NCBI GenBank assembly: GCA_964408285.1
Contig: CAYOYV010000007.1
Coordinates: 3,681 to 67,680, forward strand
Direction: 5' to 3'
DNA from: an uncultured Nitrososphaerota archaeon
Lineage (GTDB): Archaea > Thermoproteota > EX4484-205 > JAAOZO01
Length of the DNA: 64,000 bases
The notes below the pieces were generated by a model, which saw only the letters and a program-made list of their open reading frames with translations, did no database searches and had not been told where the DNA came from. The translations under genes and the position numbers were made by a program. The first letter of the stretch is position 1; the number at the start of each line of letters is the position of its first letter. This document shows, piece after piece, positions 9,272 through 19,885 of the stretch.

Positions 9272-11317
9272 TCAGGGCAGTCGGGGTTCCGCTCCAAGTT
9301 GCCAGAACAGAAAGCTGAGCTCATGCACTAGGTCATCAATCTGTCTGCTCATTGGCTGTCCTCCAGAGTGTCCGGCCTTCGCGTGATAGCGTAGGAGCAC
9401 TGGCTTGCCTGATGTTGTGGCCGATTGTAACAAAGCTGTCATTTTTCTTGCGTGAAATGGGTCCACTCGTGTGTCGAAGTCCCCCGTTATGAGAAGCACT
9501 GCGGGATAAGGTGTACCGATCTTGACCCTGTGATAGGGTGAATAGGCATAGAGGTATCTGAACTGGTCGGGGTCTTCTGAGGATCCATACTCAGGAATCC
9601 AGAACGGAGCCACCAAGAACTTGTGATAGCGAACCATGTCAAGCAAAGGATAGGTGCAAACGACTGCAGAAAAGAGCTCCGGTCGCTGTGTGAGAGCTGC
9701 GCCAACGAGAAGCCCGCCGTTGCTCCCTCCACTTATCGCCAGTTTCTCAGATTTGGTATATCGATTCTGAATTAACCACTCGGCCGCCGAGATGAAGTCA
9801 TCGAAGACATTCTGCTTCTTCTCGAGCATTCCGGCCTTGTGCCATTCCTCGCCGAACTCACTTCCGCCTCGCAAACTCGGCTGCGCGAAGACACCGCCGG
9901 CTTCTATCCAAAGGGCGGTCCTCGTTGAAAACCAAGGGGTCATGCTGATCCTGAATCCACCATATCCTGTCAGAAGAGTCGGATTTGACCCATTAGGCTC
10001 GATATCTTTCGCATGAACTATGAACATCGGAATCTTTGTGCGGTCCTTTGATTCATACCAGACCTGTTTGACTTCGAATCTTTCGCTGTCGATCGGAACC
10101 TTGGTCCTCCACCACTCTTCCTTGCTCCCCGTTTGGGCGTCATATCTGTAGGTCGTTGGTGGAATGTGGAAAGAAGAAAATTGGAAGAATGCCTCATTCG
10201 TCCTCGATTGAGCAGACATTCCCAAGACTGTGCCGACCGGCGGTGTCTCGATCTCGCGCAGGTATCTGCCGTTGAAGTCAAAAACCCTGACTCTTGAAAC
10301 GACGTTATGTGTGAAATTAACTAAGAGCCTTTCTCCTGCAATCGCAAAATCCTCAATCGTGTCCTCGCTCTCGGGGATTATTTCCTCCCATTTCTGTAGA
10401 ATTGGATTACTGAGGCCGACACGGAATATTCGCCATCTTCGTGCTCCCCAGTTCGTGTGAAGGAACAGTTGGCCGTCTCCTATTCGAGCATTGAACGCTG
10501 CATCTATGTGATTGACAATTGTACGAATGGCGCTGTTGTTCGCAAGATCCTGAACATAGACCTCAGTTTTCGTGGCCGCTGCTCCGTGGAGGACGCATAT
10601 GAGAAGGTGGCGCCCATCCTCAGAAACCCTAGCACTGATTATCTTGTCAGGGCCGTAGCCCTTACCGAAGATCTCTGGGTCGGCCGCAATGTCGGTCCCG
10701 ATCGCATGGTAATAGACTCGCTCGCCATCTTTTTCATGCCGTACGTAGTAGAAGCCACTCCCGTCTGGTTTCAACGAAATCTCGATGTAGCGTGCTTTGG
10801 GGAGTCCGTCCTTCAGGTTCTCATTCTTCTGAGCATCCAGAAGGTCAATGGCGCTTTCGTCTTGCCCGCCGTCCTGCACTGCATAGGCCATTACTGCACC
10901 GTCCTCAGAAATATCCTCAATCCGGACGCTTGTAGTATGGTCTGGACTCATGTTGTGTGGATCGATCAGGACCTGATCCTCACCCTTAAGCCCCTTCCTG
11001 ATACAGATGAGTGAAAGCTCTTGGTCCGCAAACTGCTTTTGGAAGAAGTAGCGATCCCCCCGTGCAAGTGGAATCTCGACGCGATCTACGCGCATAAGCT
11101 CGGTAAGCCTTGACTTCAGTCGTTCGCGCCACGGGAACGAGCCAAGAAGGCTCTCAGCATATTCGTTCTGGGCTTTGATCCATTGACGTGTCTCGGGACT
11201 GCCCGTTTCTTCGAGCCAACCGTAAGGGTCTGAGATCTCAACACCGTGCACGTGTTCCTTCACTTCTGCCCTCCTCGTAAGAGGCGGCCTCCTGGACAAA
11301 ATCTCCTCGGGTGGCAT
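9272..11317 (-). CDS. S9 family prolyl oligopeptidase (prolyl endopeptidase-like)
   Basis: The β-propeller N-half is followed by 'ISGGSNGGLLVGAALTQRPELF', which matches the GGSNGG serine nucleophile motif. The ORF extends to 11398, and the probable start is M28 'MPPEEIL'. Confidence 0.8.
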   Translation of the reverse strand: MPPEEILSRRPPLTRRAEVKEHVHGVEISDPYGWLEETGSPETRQWIKAQNEYAESLLGSFPWRERLKSRLTELMRVDRVEIPLARGDRYFFQKQFADQELSLICIRKGLKGEDQVLIDPHNMSPDHTTSVRIEDISEDGAVMAYAVQDGGQDESAIDLLDAQKNENLKDGLPKARYIEISLKPDGSGFYYVRHEKDGERVYYHAIGTDIAADPEIFGKGYGPDKIISARVSEDGRHLLICVLHGAAATKTEVYVQDLANNSAIRTIVNHIDAAFNARIGDGQLFLHTNWGARRWRIFRVGLSNPILQKWEEIIPESEDTIEDFAIAGERLLVNFTHNVVSRVRVFDFNGRYLREIETPPVGTVLGMSAQSRTNEAFFQFSSFHIPPTTYRYDAQTGSKEEWWRTKVPIDSERFEVKQVWYESKDRTKIPMFIVHAKDIEPNGSNPTLLTGYGGFRISMTPWFSTRTALWIEAGGVFAQPSLRGGSEFGEEWHKAGMLEKKQNVFDDFISAAEWLIQNRYTKSEKLAISGGSNGGLLVGAALTQRPELFSAVVCTYPLLDMVRYHKFLVAPFWIPEYGSSEDPDQFRYLYAYSPYHRVKIGTPYPAVLLITGDFDTRVDPFHARKMTALLQSATTSGKPVLLRYHAKAGHSGGQPMSRQIDDLVHELSFLFWQLGAEPRLP

Positions 11318-11423
11318 CTCATACGAATTATTTCGCGAACTTAAAAGCACTGGCACGTGGGCCCGGCGTAAATCAACACACCGGCTAGGGGCACACAATC
11401 GATCAGGGAAACTGCTTTAAGGA

Positions 11424-12380
11424 ATGCGTGACGCAATGGTATTGGAATTGGCCGCTCTGGTTACGGGAGGTCTCGGTTTCATCGGCTCCAAACTCGTAAA
11501 AGCCCTGCTGGCTGAAGGACAGGAGGTAACAGTATTCGACATCTCATCGGACACTAAGAGAATAGATGATGTCATAGACAGGGTGAAATTCGTCAGAGGT
11601 GATATTGCGAGCATTGACGATCTACTTCAGGTGGTCAAGAAAGATGAAGTCGATACCGTCTTTCACCTGGCCGCTCTTCTGATGCTTGACTGCGAAGCGA
11701 ATCCTTGGAGGGCTTTGAAGACGAACGTCGATGGCACAGCTAACGTCCTAGAAGTCTCGAGGCTTTGCCACGTAAAGAAGGTGGTATTCCCAAGCACACG
11801 CGCAGCGTTCGGTCCTGGGGATGCAAAACCATTAAGAGAGGACGACCCGAAGAGACCCAATTCGATATATGGCATCACGAAGTTGCTCTGTGAACAATAT
11901 GGACTGAAATACAATAGCCTGTATGGCTTGGATTTCCGTTGCGTCAGGTTTGTGATGGTCTACGGTCCGGGAAGGACAACGGGAGGCAGTGCGTTCGGAA
12001 CTCAGCTCATAGAAAATCCTGCATTGGGGAAGCTCGCACAAATCCCGTATGGTCCGGACGAGCTGACGGATTGGCTCTATGTGGAGGATGCCGTGAAGGC
12101 GTTACTCATGATCCGAGATGTCGCGTCGTTGAAGAGAAGAATATACAACATCAATGGCGAGACGCGTTCCATTGGTGAAGTTGCCAACATCGTGAGAAAG
12201 ATACTGCCAAAAGCGGTGATCGAATTCACTCCGGGAGAAATCAAATTGAACCAACGTTATCCACTGTTAGATGATAGCGAGGCAAGGAGAGATCTTGGGT
12301 GGGCACCTGGCCTCACGATTGAAGACGGCATTAGAAATCACGTGAATGAGATCGTGAAAGTGTCCCGCCCCATCAAGTAG
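11424..12380 (+). CDS. NAD-dependent epimerase/dehydratase (extended SDR)
   Basis: 'TGGLGFIGSKLVKALL' is a Rossmann GxxGxxG motif, and YxxxK lies further along. Confidence 0.8.
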   Translation: MRDAMVLELAALVTGGLGFIGSKLVKALLAEGQEVTVFDISSDTKRIDDVIDRVKFVRGDIASIDDLLQVVKKDEVDTVFHLAALLMLDCEANPWRALKTNVDGTANVLEVSRLCHVKKVVFPSTRAAFGPGDAKPLREDDPKRPNSIYGITKLLCEQYGLKYNSLYGLDFRCVRFVMVYGPGRTTGGSAFGTQLIENPALGKLAQIPYGPDELTDWLYVEDAVKALLMIRDVASLKRRIYNINGETRSIGEVANIVRKILPKAVIEFTPGEIKLNQRYPLLDDSEARRDLGWAPGLTIEDGIRNHVNEIVKVSRPIK

Positions 12381-12432
12381 AAGGGCAACCTAGGCCCCGG
12401 TATGGCCGCAACGCGCGTGTTGTCCGTAACCC

Positions 12433-13302
12433 CTACTCGACTTTCCTACTTACATACAATCCATAGCCGAAATATGAGAGAAATTGACTCGCCTCCCGTC
12501 GTGATATGTCTCTCCTGAAATAGGCACTTCTCAGATTCGGATCCAACATAATCTCCGCAATGGCGCTCAAGTATCTCCGAATGCCATCTACGCGAAGTTG
12601 GCTGAGGGCCTGCTCCCCATAGTTGATTGTTCGAACGCTTGAAGATAGCAGTTCAAATCCAGCCTTGCTGAAAATCTGTCGCCATCCATCTTCCTGCAGG
12701 ACTTCAACATCCGCACGCATTGATTTGGACAAAAATGAGACCACTTCGGCTGGAGGGGGCTTCAACCAAGTGGCTTCACTGTCCCCGAAAAGACCTCCGG
12801 GCCTCAAGACCCTGTTTATTTCAGAGGCTGCCTTCGTCTTGTCACAGACCACAAGAACCGATTCGGCGATCACGGCATCGAATGTATTCCGGGGGAAGGG
12901 CAAATCATGTACATCTGCTTGGTAGGTTTTCACGCTATCGCTGGCACCTTCCTCTGCGATCCTTTTCTTGGCCCATTCCAGAACAGTTGTGTTGATATCT
13001 GCCGCCACGACGTTCGCATGATACTCCTTCGCCAGAAGACAGGCCGTGAAGCCGGTTCCGCACCCGACATCCAACACATATTGGCCAGAGGTGATATTAC
13101 AAAGTTCGATGAGATGTCTCGTGGCTGGTATGCCGCCCCAGTGCTTGGTTATGCCTATCTGTTGCCAGACATCATAGAGTACAAATCTACCTTCCTTTGG
13201 AACGATCTCAGGATTCTGATTCTCTCTCACTGTGATATGGGTGAAGGAAATCGTGCTTAAAGGTCTTGAGGAGCCATGCTCGATCAACAGGAGCAAGCAC
13301 AC
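12433..13302 (-). CDS. class I SAM-dependent methyltransferase
   Basis: 'VLDVGCGTGFTACLLAKE' matches motif I. The gene is 289 aa long. Confidence 0.75.
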   Translation of the reverse strand: MCLLLLIEHGSSRPLSTISFTHITVRENQNPEIVPKEGRFVLYDVWQQIGITKHWGGIPATRHLIELCNITSGQYVLDVGCGTGFTACLLAKEYHANVVAADINTTVLEWAKKRIAEEGASDSVKTYQADVHDLPFPRNTFDAVIAESVLVVCDKTKAASEINRVLRPGGLFGDSEATWLKPPPAEVVSFLSKSMRADVEVLQEDGWRQIFSKAGFELLSSSVRTINYGEQALSQLRVDGIRRYLSAIAEIMLDPNLRSAYFRRDISRREASQFLSYFGYGLYVSRKVE

Positions 13303-13510
13303 GCGTCAATTGCAGGATAATGCGCGCATCTTGCGCAACCGAGCAGAGATACCGAGACTCTAGAGGAGACATTGTATTACTCGTGACAGATCCGACCAGA
13401 CAGAATTCGTCTGCTCAATGATCAATCCCAACTGGGTCAACTTCATAGTAAGGCTTCCTCGGCGAAACACATATTTTGCGACAAAAACGCAATATCTGAA
13501 GCCGAATATA

Positions 13511-14203
13511 ATGACAGAGAATCTAAGTTGCAAGAGAATTCTCAAGCAGTTAAGATCCCTCTCAAACCCTGCAGCAGTGGCAGGTATGTCGAAATTCGGA
13601 ATCAACACAGAGAACGCGTATGGCATTTCTATTCCAGAATTGCGAAAGATCGCGAAAGAAATTGGAAAGAGCCACCAATTGGCCCAAGAATTATGGGAAT
13701 CGAACATTCATGAAGCTCGTATTCTTGCCTCTTATATTGATGAACCCAACAAGGTCACGGAGGAACAACTCGAGAAATGGGTTAGAGATTTCGACTCTTG
13801 GGACATCTGCGATCAGGTGTGCGACCTTTTCGAAAAAACACCATATGCTTACAAGAAGGCCAAGGACTGGGCAAATCGAAAGGAAGAGTTCGTGAGGCGG
13901 ACGGCATTTGCATTAATGGCTGGGCTTGCAGTTCATGATAAAGAAGCAAGTAATGAAAAATTCACACAATTCTTTCCTCTAATAAAGCAAGCGGCGACTG
14001 ATGGCCGGAATTTCGTGAAGAAGTCAGTGAGCTGGGCCCTCCGGAATATAGGCAAACGCAACAAAGTACTCAATGGAAAGGCAAAGGAGATAGCAAGAGA
14101 GATTCAGAAAGTGGATTCGAAGGCCGCCAAGTGGATAGGATCCGATGCGCTCCGAGAATTATCACGCAAACGGTTCTTTTCATCTTCAGAACGGACACGC
14201 TAA
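13511..14203 (+). CDS. DNA alkylation repair enzyme family (AlkD/AlkC-like HEAT-like repeat protein)
   Basis: The HEAT-like repeat pattern is 'LRSLSNPAAVAGMSKFGI...WESNIHEARILASYI...WDICDQVCD...SWALRNIG'. The ORF is open from 13418, and ATG 13511 is preferred. Confidence 0.65.
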   Translation: MTENLSCKRILKQLRSLSNPAAVAGMSKFGINTENAYGISIPELRKIAKEIGKSHQLAQELWESNIHEARILASYIDEPNKVTEEQLEKWVRDFDSWDICDQVCDLFEKTPYAYKKAKDWANRKEEFVRRTAFALMAGLAVHDKEASNEKFTQFFPLIKQAATDGRNFVKKSVSWALRNIGKRNKVLNGKAKEIAREIQKVDSKAAKWIGSDALRELSRKRFFSSSERTR

Positions 14204-14209
14204 CTGAAT

Positions 14210-14221
14210 AACGCGCGCGTT
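14210..14221. promoter_or_regulatory. perfect 12-nt palindrome AACGCGCGCGTT exactly between convergent stop codons
   Basis: It lies between the stops at 14201-14203 (TAA, + gene) and 14226-14228 (TGA, − gene). Confidence 0.4.
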
Positions 14222-14225
14222 CAGC

Positions 14226-16547
14226 TCAATCCCGTGCATTATCTGCGCGAATGCGGCGCCTGACGGAAGGGAGGAAATCGTGGATCTCCTTACGGAGGAG
14301 TTTCAGCTTGGCATGAAGCATGTCCGCCGCATGTGGCGCGGTGTGGTCACGACCATAGTACCAGTCGAGACGCATGTCGGCTTTGGCCACAGGGATCGCC
14401 TCAATGACATTCCGTTGCTCGTCCATAAGCACCTGGTGCCATCGCTTGTGGAGCTTCAGGGCTTCATCAACCTCCTTCCTGGTTTTGGAACGCTGCGAGG
14501 CTAAGGCCAACAGTCGGTCGCGCAACAGACAAGATTCATAGAAATTCGCTTCCGTTCTCGCCGTGTGATAGAACCAACGGATCTGGGAAACTTCCGCGGC
14601 GTATGGCAACCGGCATCTTTCCGGCACTCGAGATTGTGTCTTCCTGATCTCCTCCACGGCCCGCCCAAGGAGTCCCTCCATCTTCCGATAGAACCTCAGG
14701 AGCACCTCCCCATCCTGAACGTTTTTCCAGAACATCGGACGGAACTTCAATCCCTCATCATCCGTGATTTCGGCGCGAAAGAGGTACTGGCAATAGAACA
14801 CGGGGGGCAGGTCGGCTTCCGGATCAGCGCACATGGGATGTGCGGGCCCCATGTAGTGTGGCCCATTGTAATAGCCGGGAATCTGTGGAGAATAAGCAAT
14901 GGCCTCGGAAACCAAGCGCCAAGCGTTGCGCAAGGAGGGACCTGATGTATGGCCGGCTACACGGTCTGCGAGGTTTTCGAGAATCCATTCCTTGTTGCGG
15001 CAGGGATCCCACCACATCCATTGGAAGATTTCGGCCGCAACACTCCCGTAGCATTTTCGGAAAGCCGGCATGCAGAAGACTCCAGTCGCCCCGCACGAGG
15101 CGAGTGCTTCAGCGCGATCCAGCCAGCGATCTAGACACGGGACATCTGCAAGTCGAGACGCCTCGAACGCGAGTTCCGGCTCGCTCTTCATATAGATGGG
15201 AATTCCAGAAGCGCGGCATTCCGCAATCTGCTCCTTTGCTCTTTCACAGGGACCAATGGCGTCAATGCTGTAGTCCCACGCCCACTTCCGGAGTCCATCT
15301 GGCTTTTCGATGACGGCTTCCTTCTCGACCTCGGTCAGAATGCTCGTGCCAGCTCCGAGCTTCCGAATGGTCCTCGCCAAGAGGTCTCCTGTGGCCCAGA
15401 CATGCTCAGCGGAGTACATCCAAGCAACGACCTGCGCTTCGGGATTCATCTTCCTTGCTGCCTCTGCCATGGTGTTGCAGAGGTTCGCAACCACGGTGTC
15501 AGCGCCCAGCGCCTCGCACCGAGGACAGGTGGTATGCCCTATCTTCGCCCCATGTGGGTGCATGAAACAGTGATAGAATCCTTCCCCTCCGGTGATCATG
15601 ACGAGCCCCGAAAGACCCGGGATAGACCTGAAAATTCCCTCGACGGTCTCCCTGTAGTAACGGCGAACCAACGGATGCTCCGTGCAGAGGATATATTCCC
15701 CGTCCTCTTTCCACGTGAGGGCGCCACGAATCTCCGGATTCTTCACCAGAATGGGGTCATCTTTCGGAAACTTCCGCTGCGACGATACCCAGCAGTATGT
15801 CTTGAGCCCGTACTTCGCCGCTTCCTCACTTGCATCGTGCATTCTCTTCAGAAGATCCAGCTCGCGCCGGACGGCCAGCTCAGGAATGGCATCGCTGAGC
15901 GAAAGGGCATGGAACTGTGCCTCCGGCAATAGGACGGCGTTGAAGCCCATGAAGACGAGGTCGCGAAACGAGCCCATCCAGGGCACTGCGCCAAGCCGCA
16001 CAGTCAAACGCGGCCTGTAGACCTGCTCTCGCTTTTCCAAAAATGGCCCCTGCCTGAGGCCCATGAGATTGACTATGCGAACAATTCCGTCGCGCAATCC
16101 TGCGGGATCGCGGCCATGGACCCGCACCCTCTCCGGGGTAACTGAAAGCGTGAAGCTCTCGGGAGTCTTCGGGTCGCCGCCGCCCTCATCAAGCAGAATA
16201 AAGCAACGCTTTTCCGACTCTACTTCAGTAGCGGGAACAGCCCTGAGCCTTATCGGCATCCTCATCCGCTGTTTGAGGAAGTCTGCGAGGTGTCCGGCCA
16301 TCAGCCGTGTCAAGGGTTGGGCTTTCTCTGAAATGACTATCGTCCACTTCGAATCGATTTCTATCTCGACAATTCTCGGCTGCGCGTCCAGGTCGCGGCT
16401 GAATCGCGAGAAATAATCTTCTGACAACACGCTGAACGGGCTTGCCGCGTAGTCTGCGTCCGCCTCGCGTGAAAGTCGCGCCGTCAACTGCTTCAGGGTC
16501 TCCGGTGACAACTGTGGCGCATGGGCTAAGGATTTCGATCGAGGCAT
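14226..16547 (-). CDS. large hypothetical protein (possibly a glycoside-hydrolase-like, DUF4838-type architecture)
   Basis: 773-aa ORF, Cys/Trp-rich, with no signal peptide. No catalytic motif is identified with certainty. Confidence 0.35.
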   Translation of the reverse strand: MPRSKSLAHAPQLSPETLKQLTARLSREADADYAASPFSVLSEDYFSRFSRDLDAQPRIVEIEIDSKWTIVISEKAQPLTRLMAGHLADFLKQRMRMPIRLRAVPATEVESEKRCFILLDEGGGDPKTPESFTLSVTPERVRVHGRDPAGLRDGIVRIVNLMGLRQGPFLEKREQVYRPRLTVRLGAVPWMGSFRDLVFMGFNAVLLPEAQFHALSLSDAIPELAVRRELDLLKRMHDASEEAAKYGLKTYCWVSSQRKFPKDDPILVKNPEIRGALTWKEDGEYILCTEHPLVRRYYRETVEGIFRSIPGLSGLVMITGGEGFYHCFMHPHGAKIGHTTCPRCEALGADTVVANLCNTMAEAARKMNPEAQVVAWMYSAEHVWATGDLLARTIRKLGAGTSILTEVEKEAVIEKPDGLRKWAWDYSIDAIGPCERAKEQIAECRASGIPIYMKSEPELAFEASRLADVPCLDRWLDRAEALASCGATGVFCMPAFRKCYGSVAAEIFQWMWWDPCRNKEWILENLADRVAGHTSGPSLRNAWRLVSEAIAYSPQIPGYYNGPHYMGPAHPMCADPEADLPPVFYCQYLFRAEITDDEGLKFRPMFWKNVQDGEVLLRFYRKMEGLLGRAVEEIRKTQSRVPERCRLPYAAEVSQIRWFYHTARTEANFYESCLLRDRLLALASQRSKTRKEVDEALKLHKRWHQVLMDEQRNVIEAIPVAKADMRLDWYYGRDHTAPHAADMLHAKLKLLRKEIHDFLPSVRRRIRADNARD

Positions 16548-16597
16548 GAAACCACCCTGCCCGACCCTCTCTTATCTGTTTGTCCTGTCATACATGA

Positions 16598-18334
16598 TCA
16601 AACCACGCGCGCGCCGCAAACCAAGGCTATTCCGATGAAAATCAGCAGACCCACTATGGGAAGGGCAGAAAACGGCGGGATGGTCTCCGTTGGAGTCCCA
16701 TAGCGCAACAAGTAGATTTCATTGGAAACTAGGTCTGAAACTCTTGTAACATTAGAAATCGAATTCCAACGAGGGTCAAAATAGATTTCATAGATGCCGG
16801 TTGTGCTAAAATAATGATTTGTAGGTTTGTTCCCATAGAGGAATCTCAGTATTGTTCCACTCCAAACTGGGATTTTGATCCTATTCTTTTCGAGGTCACA
16901 TTCGAAATGACGGAAATTTAGGCAGTTGTATCTATTCGAAGCCAACGGTATCGCCAAACCGCTGCCGTTCTCGACAGAAATCCCGGTCAGAAACAAACAT
17001 AATGCAGCTTGTGCCGTTGCCTCGTCGGAATAGGTACAGGAACTTGATAGCCTAAACCGATTTGTGTTGGGTTGCTTCAAATCGGATCTGCCTAAACCTG
17101 TCCAAGCTTGTGTAGCATCATTTCCTTCTAGCATATTCCTCATATTTGTTTGATTTCCCTCGTTGAAGAGCGGATAGAAGGTCTGGAGCAATATCCAGGC
17201 ATCGAGTGTTCCGTCTAGTCTTCGTTCACGATTGCCCGGATTATGATGTTGCACAACTTCATATTCTCCGTGCCATTGCGGAGAATTCCATAATCTGTTG
17301 ATGTATCTACACTGTAGATCCGTTGTAACCCTGGTCCAGTTGCCTAGTCTAGCTCCATTCAGGTGGAGTCTCGCAACACTCGGGAAAATGCTCATGCCGG
17401 AAAATTCCCAACCTGCCCATCCTATCTCCGGAACGTAATTGAAGTGATCACCCGACCACAGTTGCTTATTTATCCACTGCCATTCTTGTACTGCACATTG
17501 AAGTGAATCTTGCTCACCCAATTCGTAGAAAGTGAAGAAACAATCCATTAGATTTCCAGCTTCATGCCATCTTGCCCCGCGTTGTGATTTTGCGTCTTGA
17601 GTGTCAGGATTGCACTCGTAGAATGCCCTTCCATACCGATCTCTTATGGATTTTAGGCCCAAGAACCCAGAGGTTTCGTTCCATTTTCCGGTCTCCCAAT
17701 CATATTTCCTAGCGTAACTATAAGCCCAGAGCGCTATCCTATCATAAACACTGAAGTATCCCGAGGCTGCAGGATTGGTCTTTGGAAGAGAGTATTTCTT
17801 GAACATCGGAATATTGCTTAAAGCAAGTTTCACTTCATTGTCAATGATATTAGAGGAATATCCCGCTCGTTCCGCGTAGTACTTCACTCGAAGAACATCT
17901 ATCCAATTTCCTTCATAACCCATTCTGAGTATCCAAGTGTCAAAATCGGTTGGAATCGATTTGTGCATCACAACCCCAACATTCACGAGATAATTCCAGC
18001 TTTCAACTTCACTTAGACAAGCTTTTATCTGATTCACCAAAGGAGGGCTCTCGCTTGTGGAAAGGTTTGAGTTGAGGGAATCCTTCTGAGATCTTGGGAA
18101 TAGTAACGGCTTGCTCCCATCTAATTGGATTGTTCGGCCCCCTACAGAATTCGTCAGGAGAGCAGATTGTCTCATCTTCGCGCTGTCACCCGATGAATAA
18201 TCCGCCTTACCGCTTTGGGCACTCGCTATTCCTGCATTAGTGGTCAGATTAGTGCTGCCAATTCCAACGAAAACCAGAAGAAAGATCATTCCGAGCATGC
18301 AAAGGAGCCTCTTATTGGACTTCTCGCTCCTCAA
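16598..18334 (-). CDS. secreted hypothetical protein with a C-terminal transmembrane anchor
   Basis: 578-aa ORF with an N-terminal signal or anchor (LLCMLGMIFLLVFVGIG) and a C-terminal helix 'PIVGLLIFIGIALVCGARVV'. It carries many N-x-S/T sequons and is Trp/Tyr-rich like (α/α)-toroid hydrolases. The fold is not established. Confidence 0.4.
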   Translation of the reverse strand: MRSEKSNKRLLCMLGMIFLLVFVGIGSTNLTTNAGIASAQSGKADYSSGDSAKMRQSALLTNSVGGRTIQLDGSKPLLFPRSQKDSLNSNLSTSESPPLVNQIKACLSEVESWNYLVNVGVVMHKSIPTDFDTWILRMGYEGNWIDVLRVKYYAERAGYSSNIIDNEVKLALSNIPMFKKYSLPKTNPAASGYFSVYDRIALWAYSYARKYDWETGKWNETSGFLGLKSIRDRYGRAFYECNPDTQDAKSQRGARWHEAGNLMDCFFTFYELGEQDSLQCAVQEWQWINKQLWSGDHFNYVPEIGWAGWEFSGMSIFPSVARLHLNGARLGNWTRVTTDLQCRYINRLWNSPQWHGEYEVVQHHNPGNRERRLDGTLDAWILLQTFYPLFNEGNQTNMRNMLEGNDATQAWTGLGRSDLKQPNTNRFRLSSSCTYSDEATAQAALCLFLTGISVENGSGLAIPLASNRYNCLNFRHFECDLEKNRIKIPVWSGTILRFLYGNKPTNHYFSTTGIYEIYFDPRWNSISNVTRVSDLVSNEIYLLRYGTPTETIPPFSALPIVGLLIFIGIALVCGARVV

Positions 18335-18612
18335 TGAGAATCCCTCCGAGGAGTTCCCTTGACCGAATTTAAGTCTAAACCACGGTTTCAGCCACGATAT
18401 TCTGCCTCAAAGATCGCACTCAACTCGGAGAATTCTCTCAACAGTTTCTGGGATAGGAGAAGTGGAGATGTTTTTCTGGTGACAGAACGATGGGCGCGTG
18501 AAGTGCCGCCACATTTTCCTCATCATCGATTCCCAGCATCTCGATGAATGGTGAGCTTCATCAGTTCAAATCCCGCCTGCCGGACAGGGTTAATTATCTA
18601 GGAATTGGTTCA

Positions 18613-19089
18613 ATGACCATGGAAAAAGAAATGCAGAAACTACTGGATATGTTCGAGGAAAATGGAATAGAATATCAGCTGTACAAGCATGAACCTGTGT
18701 ACACTTCCGAGCAGGCTTCGAAGGCCAGAGGAGTCGAGCTAAAGACCGGCGTAAAGTCAATGGTTCTAAGGACGAAGGAGGACAAGTACATTCTAGCTAA
18801 TATCGCTGCAGACAGAAAAATAGACATCAAGAAATTGGAGAGAATCGTAGGTACGAAAGAGCTGAGATTTGCCACCAAAGAAGAGGTCATGGCTATTACT
18901 AACTGTGAGCCCGGTTCCGTACATCCCTTCGGCAGACTATTCGACATAGATACATATCTAGACGAATCCGTGCTGGAGAATGATTTCGTGAATTTCAATA
19001 TAGGAATGCTTACAAGAAGTGTGAAGATAAGAAAAGACGATCTTGTAAGGTCACTACAATCCAAGGTAGCAGATTTCTGCAAGACCTGA
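18613..19089 (+). CDS. YbaK/ProX-type aminoacyl-tRNA deacylase domain protein
   Basis: The pattern 'YQLYKHEPVYTSEQASKARGVELKTGVKSMVL...' fits the YbaK fold. The ORF is open from 18544, and ATG 18613 is the likely start. Confidence 0.6.
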   Translation: MTMEKEMQKLLDMFEENGIEYQLYKHEPVYTSEQASKARGVELKTGVKSMVLRTKEDKYILANIAADRKIDIKKLERIVGTKELRFATKEEVMAITNCEPGSVHPFGRLFDIDTYLDESVLENDFVNFNIGMLTRSVKIRKDDLVRSLQSKVADFCKT

Positions 19090-19161
19090 TCATCAACTGG
19101 AAGCGCACGACTATATGAGTTGCAGGTTTGTGTCCGATGCGCTAGTTTGCCTTTCAGCGAT

Positions 19162-19668
19162 CTATTCTTCGGGCTTGCGGCTCCGACCAAATAGTAAGGC
19201 ACCGTACAATGCAGCACCTAAGAGGAAGCACAGGATGCAAAAAGCGAAGGGGCTCAGTCCTATGCGAACATCAACATCGAGGAGAGGATTGAAATCCAGT
19301 GGATAGAAAGGCCTTATGTCCGTGTACAATGGAGCATCCAGTAGTATATGGGAATAAACACCCAATATAGCTCCTGCCATTATGGACACACGTGACGATC
19401 GTTGCTGAAGTTTCAGTAGACCCATGGCTTTCCGCATGGGGCTATTCAGTCTGAACATGACCGGGGCAAGGAGCAAGGCGACGATCGTGCCCCCTATGAA
19501 CGAATGAAAGAACCCGTGAAGAGGACAATCAAGTCCGAACACAAGAACTGCGAATGGCTCAAGGTCCAAGACAACGCTTGCGATGAAGAACGTTGGAAAA
19601 TCGAGAAATCGAAGTGTAAGTAGACCAAACAAAAGTGCAGGGCCGAGATGGAATGGCGTGAAGGGCAT
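19162..19668 (-). CDS. polytopic membrane protein (DUF4184/DUF457-like putative metal-dependent hydrolase)
   Basis: The N-terminus reads 'MPFTPFHLGPALLFG', and several His residues sit in transmembrane helices. The ORF extends to 19728. Confidence 0.35.
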   Translation of the reverse strand: MPFTPFHLGPALLFGLLTLRFLDFPTFFIASVVLDLEPFAVLVFGLDCPLHGFFHSFIGGTIVALLLAPVMFRLNSPMRKAMGLLKLQQRSSRVSIMAGAILGVYSHILLDAPLYTDIRPFYPLDFNPLLDVDVRIGLSPFAFCILCFLLGAALYGALLFGRSRKPEE

Positions 19669-19885
19669 GGTTGAATGGAGGAAGATAGGAGGCACATTAA
19701 ATGCCTTTCCAGCATGTGGCCTAATCATTGAGTCCGCGTTATTGGGCCCAGTTGTTGACAGAAGGTCGCCTGTTTCGCACGCGCCTCACGAAGCTGTCAT
19801 AGTCTTATGTTAATACGAGATTCGTAGACAATCCCAAACCACATCGAAAATCCATTTAAGGACATGAGGAGCCCCCCATGAGGCG

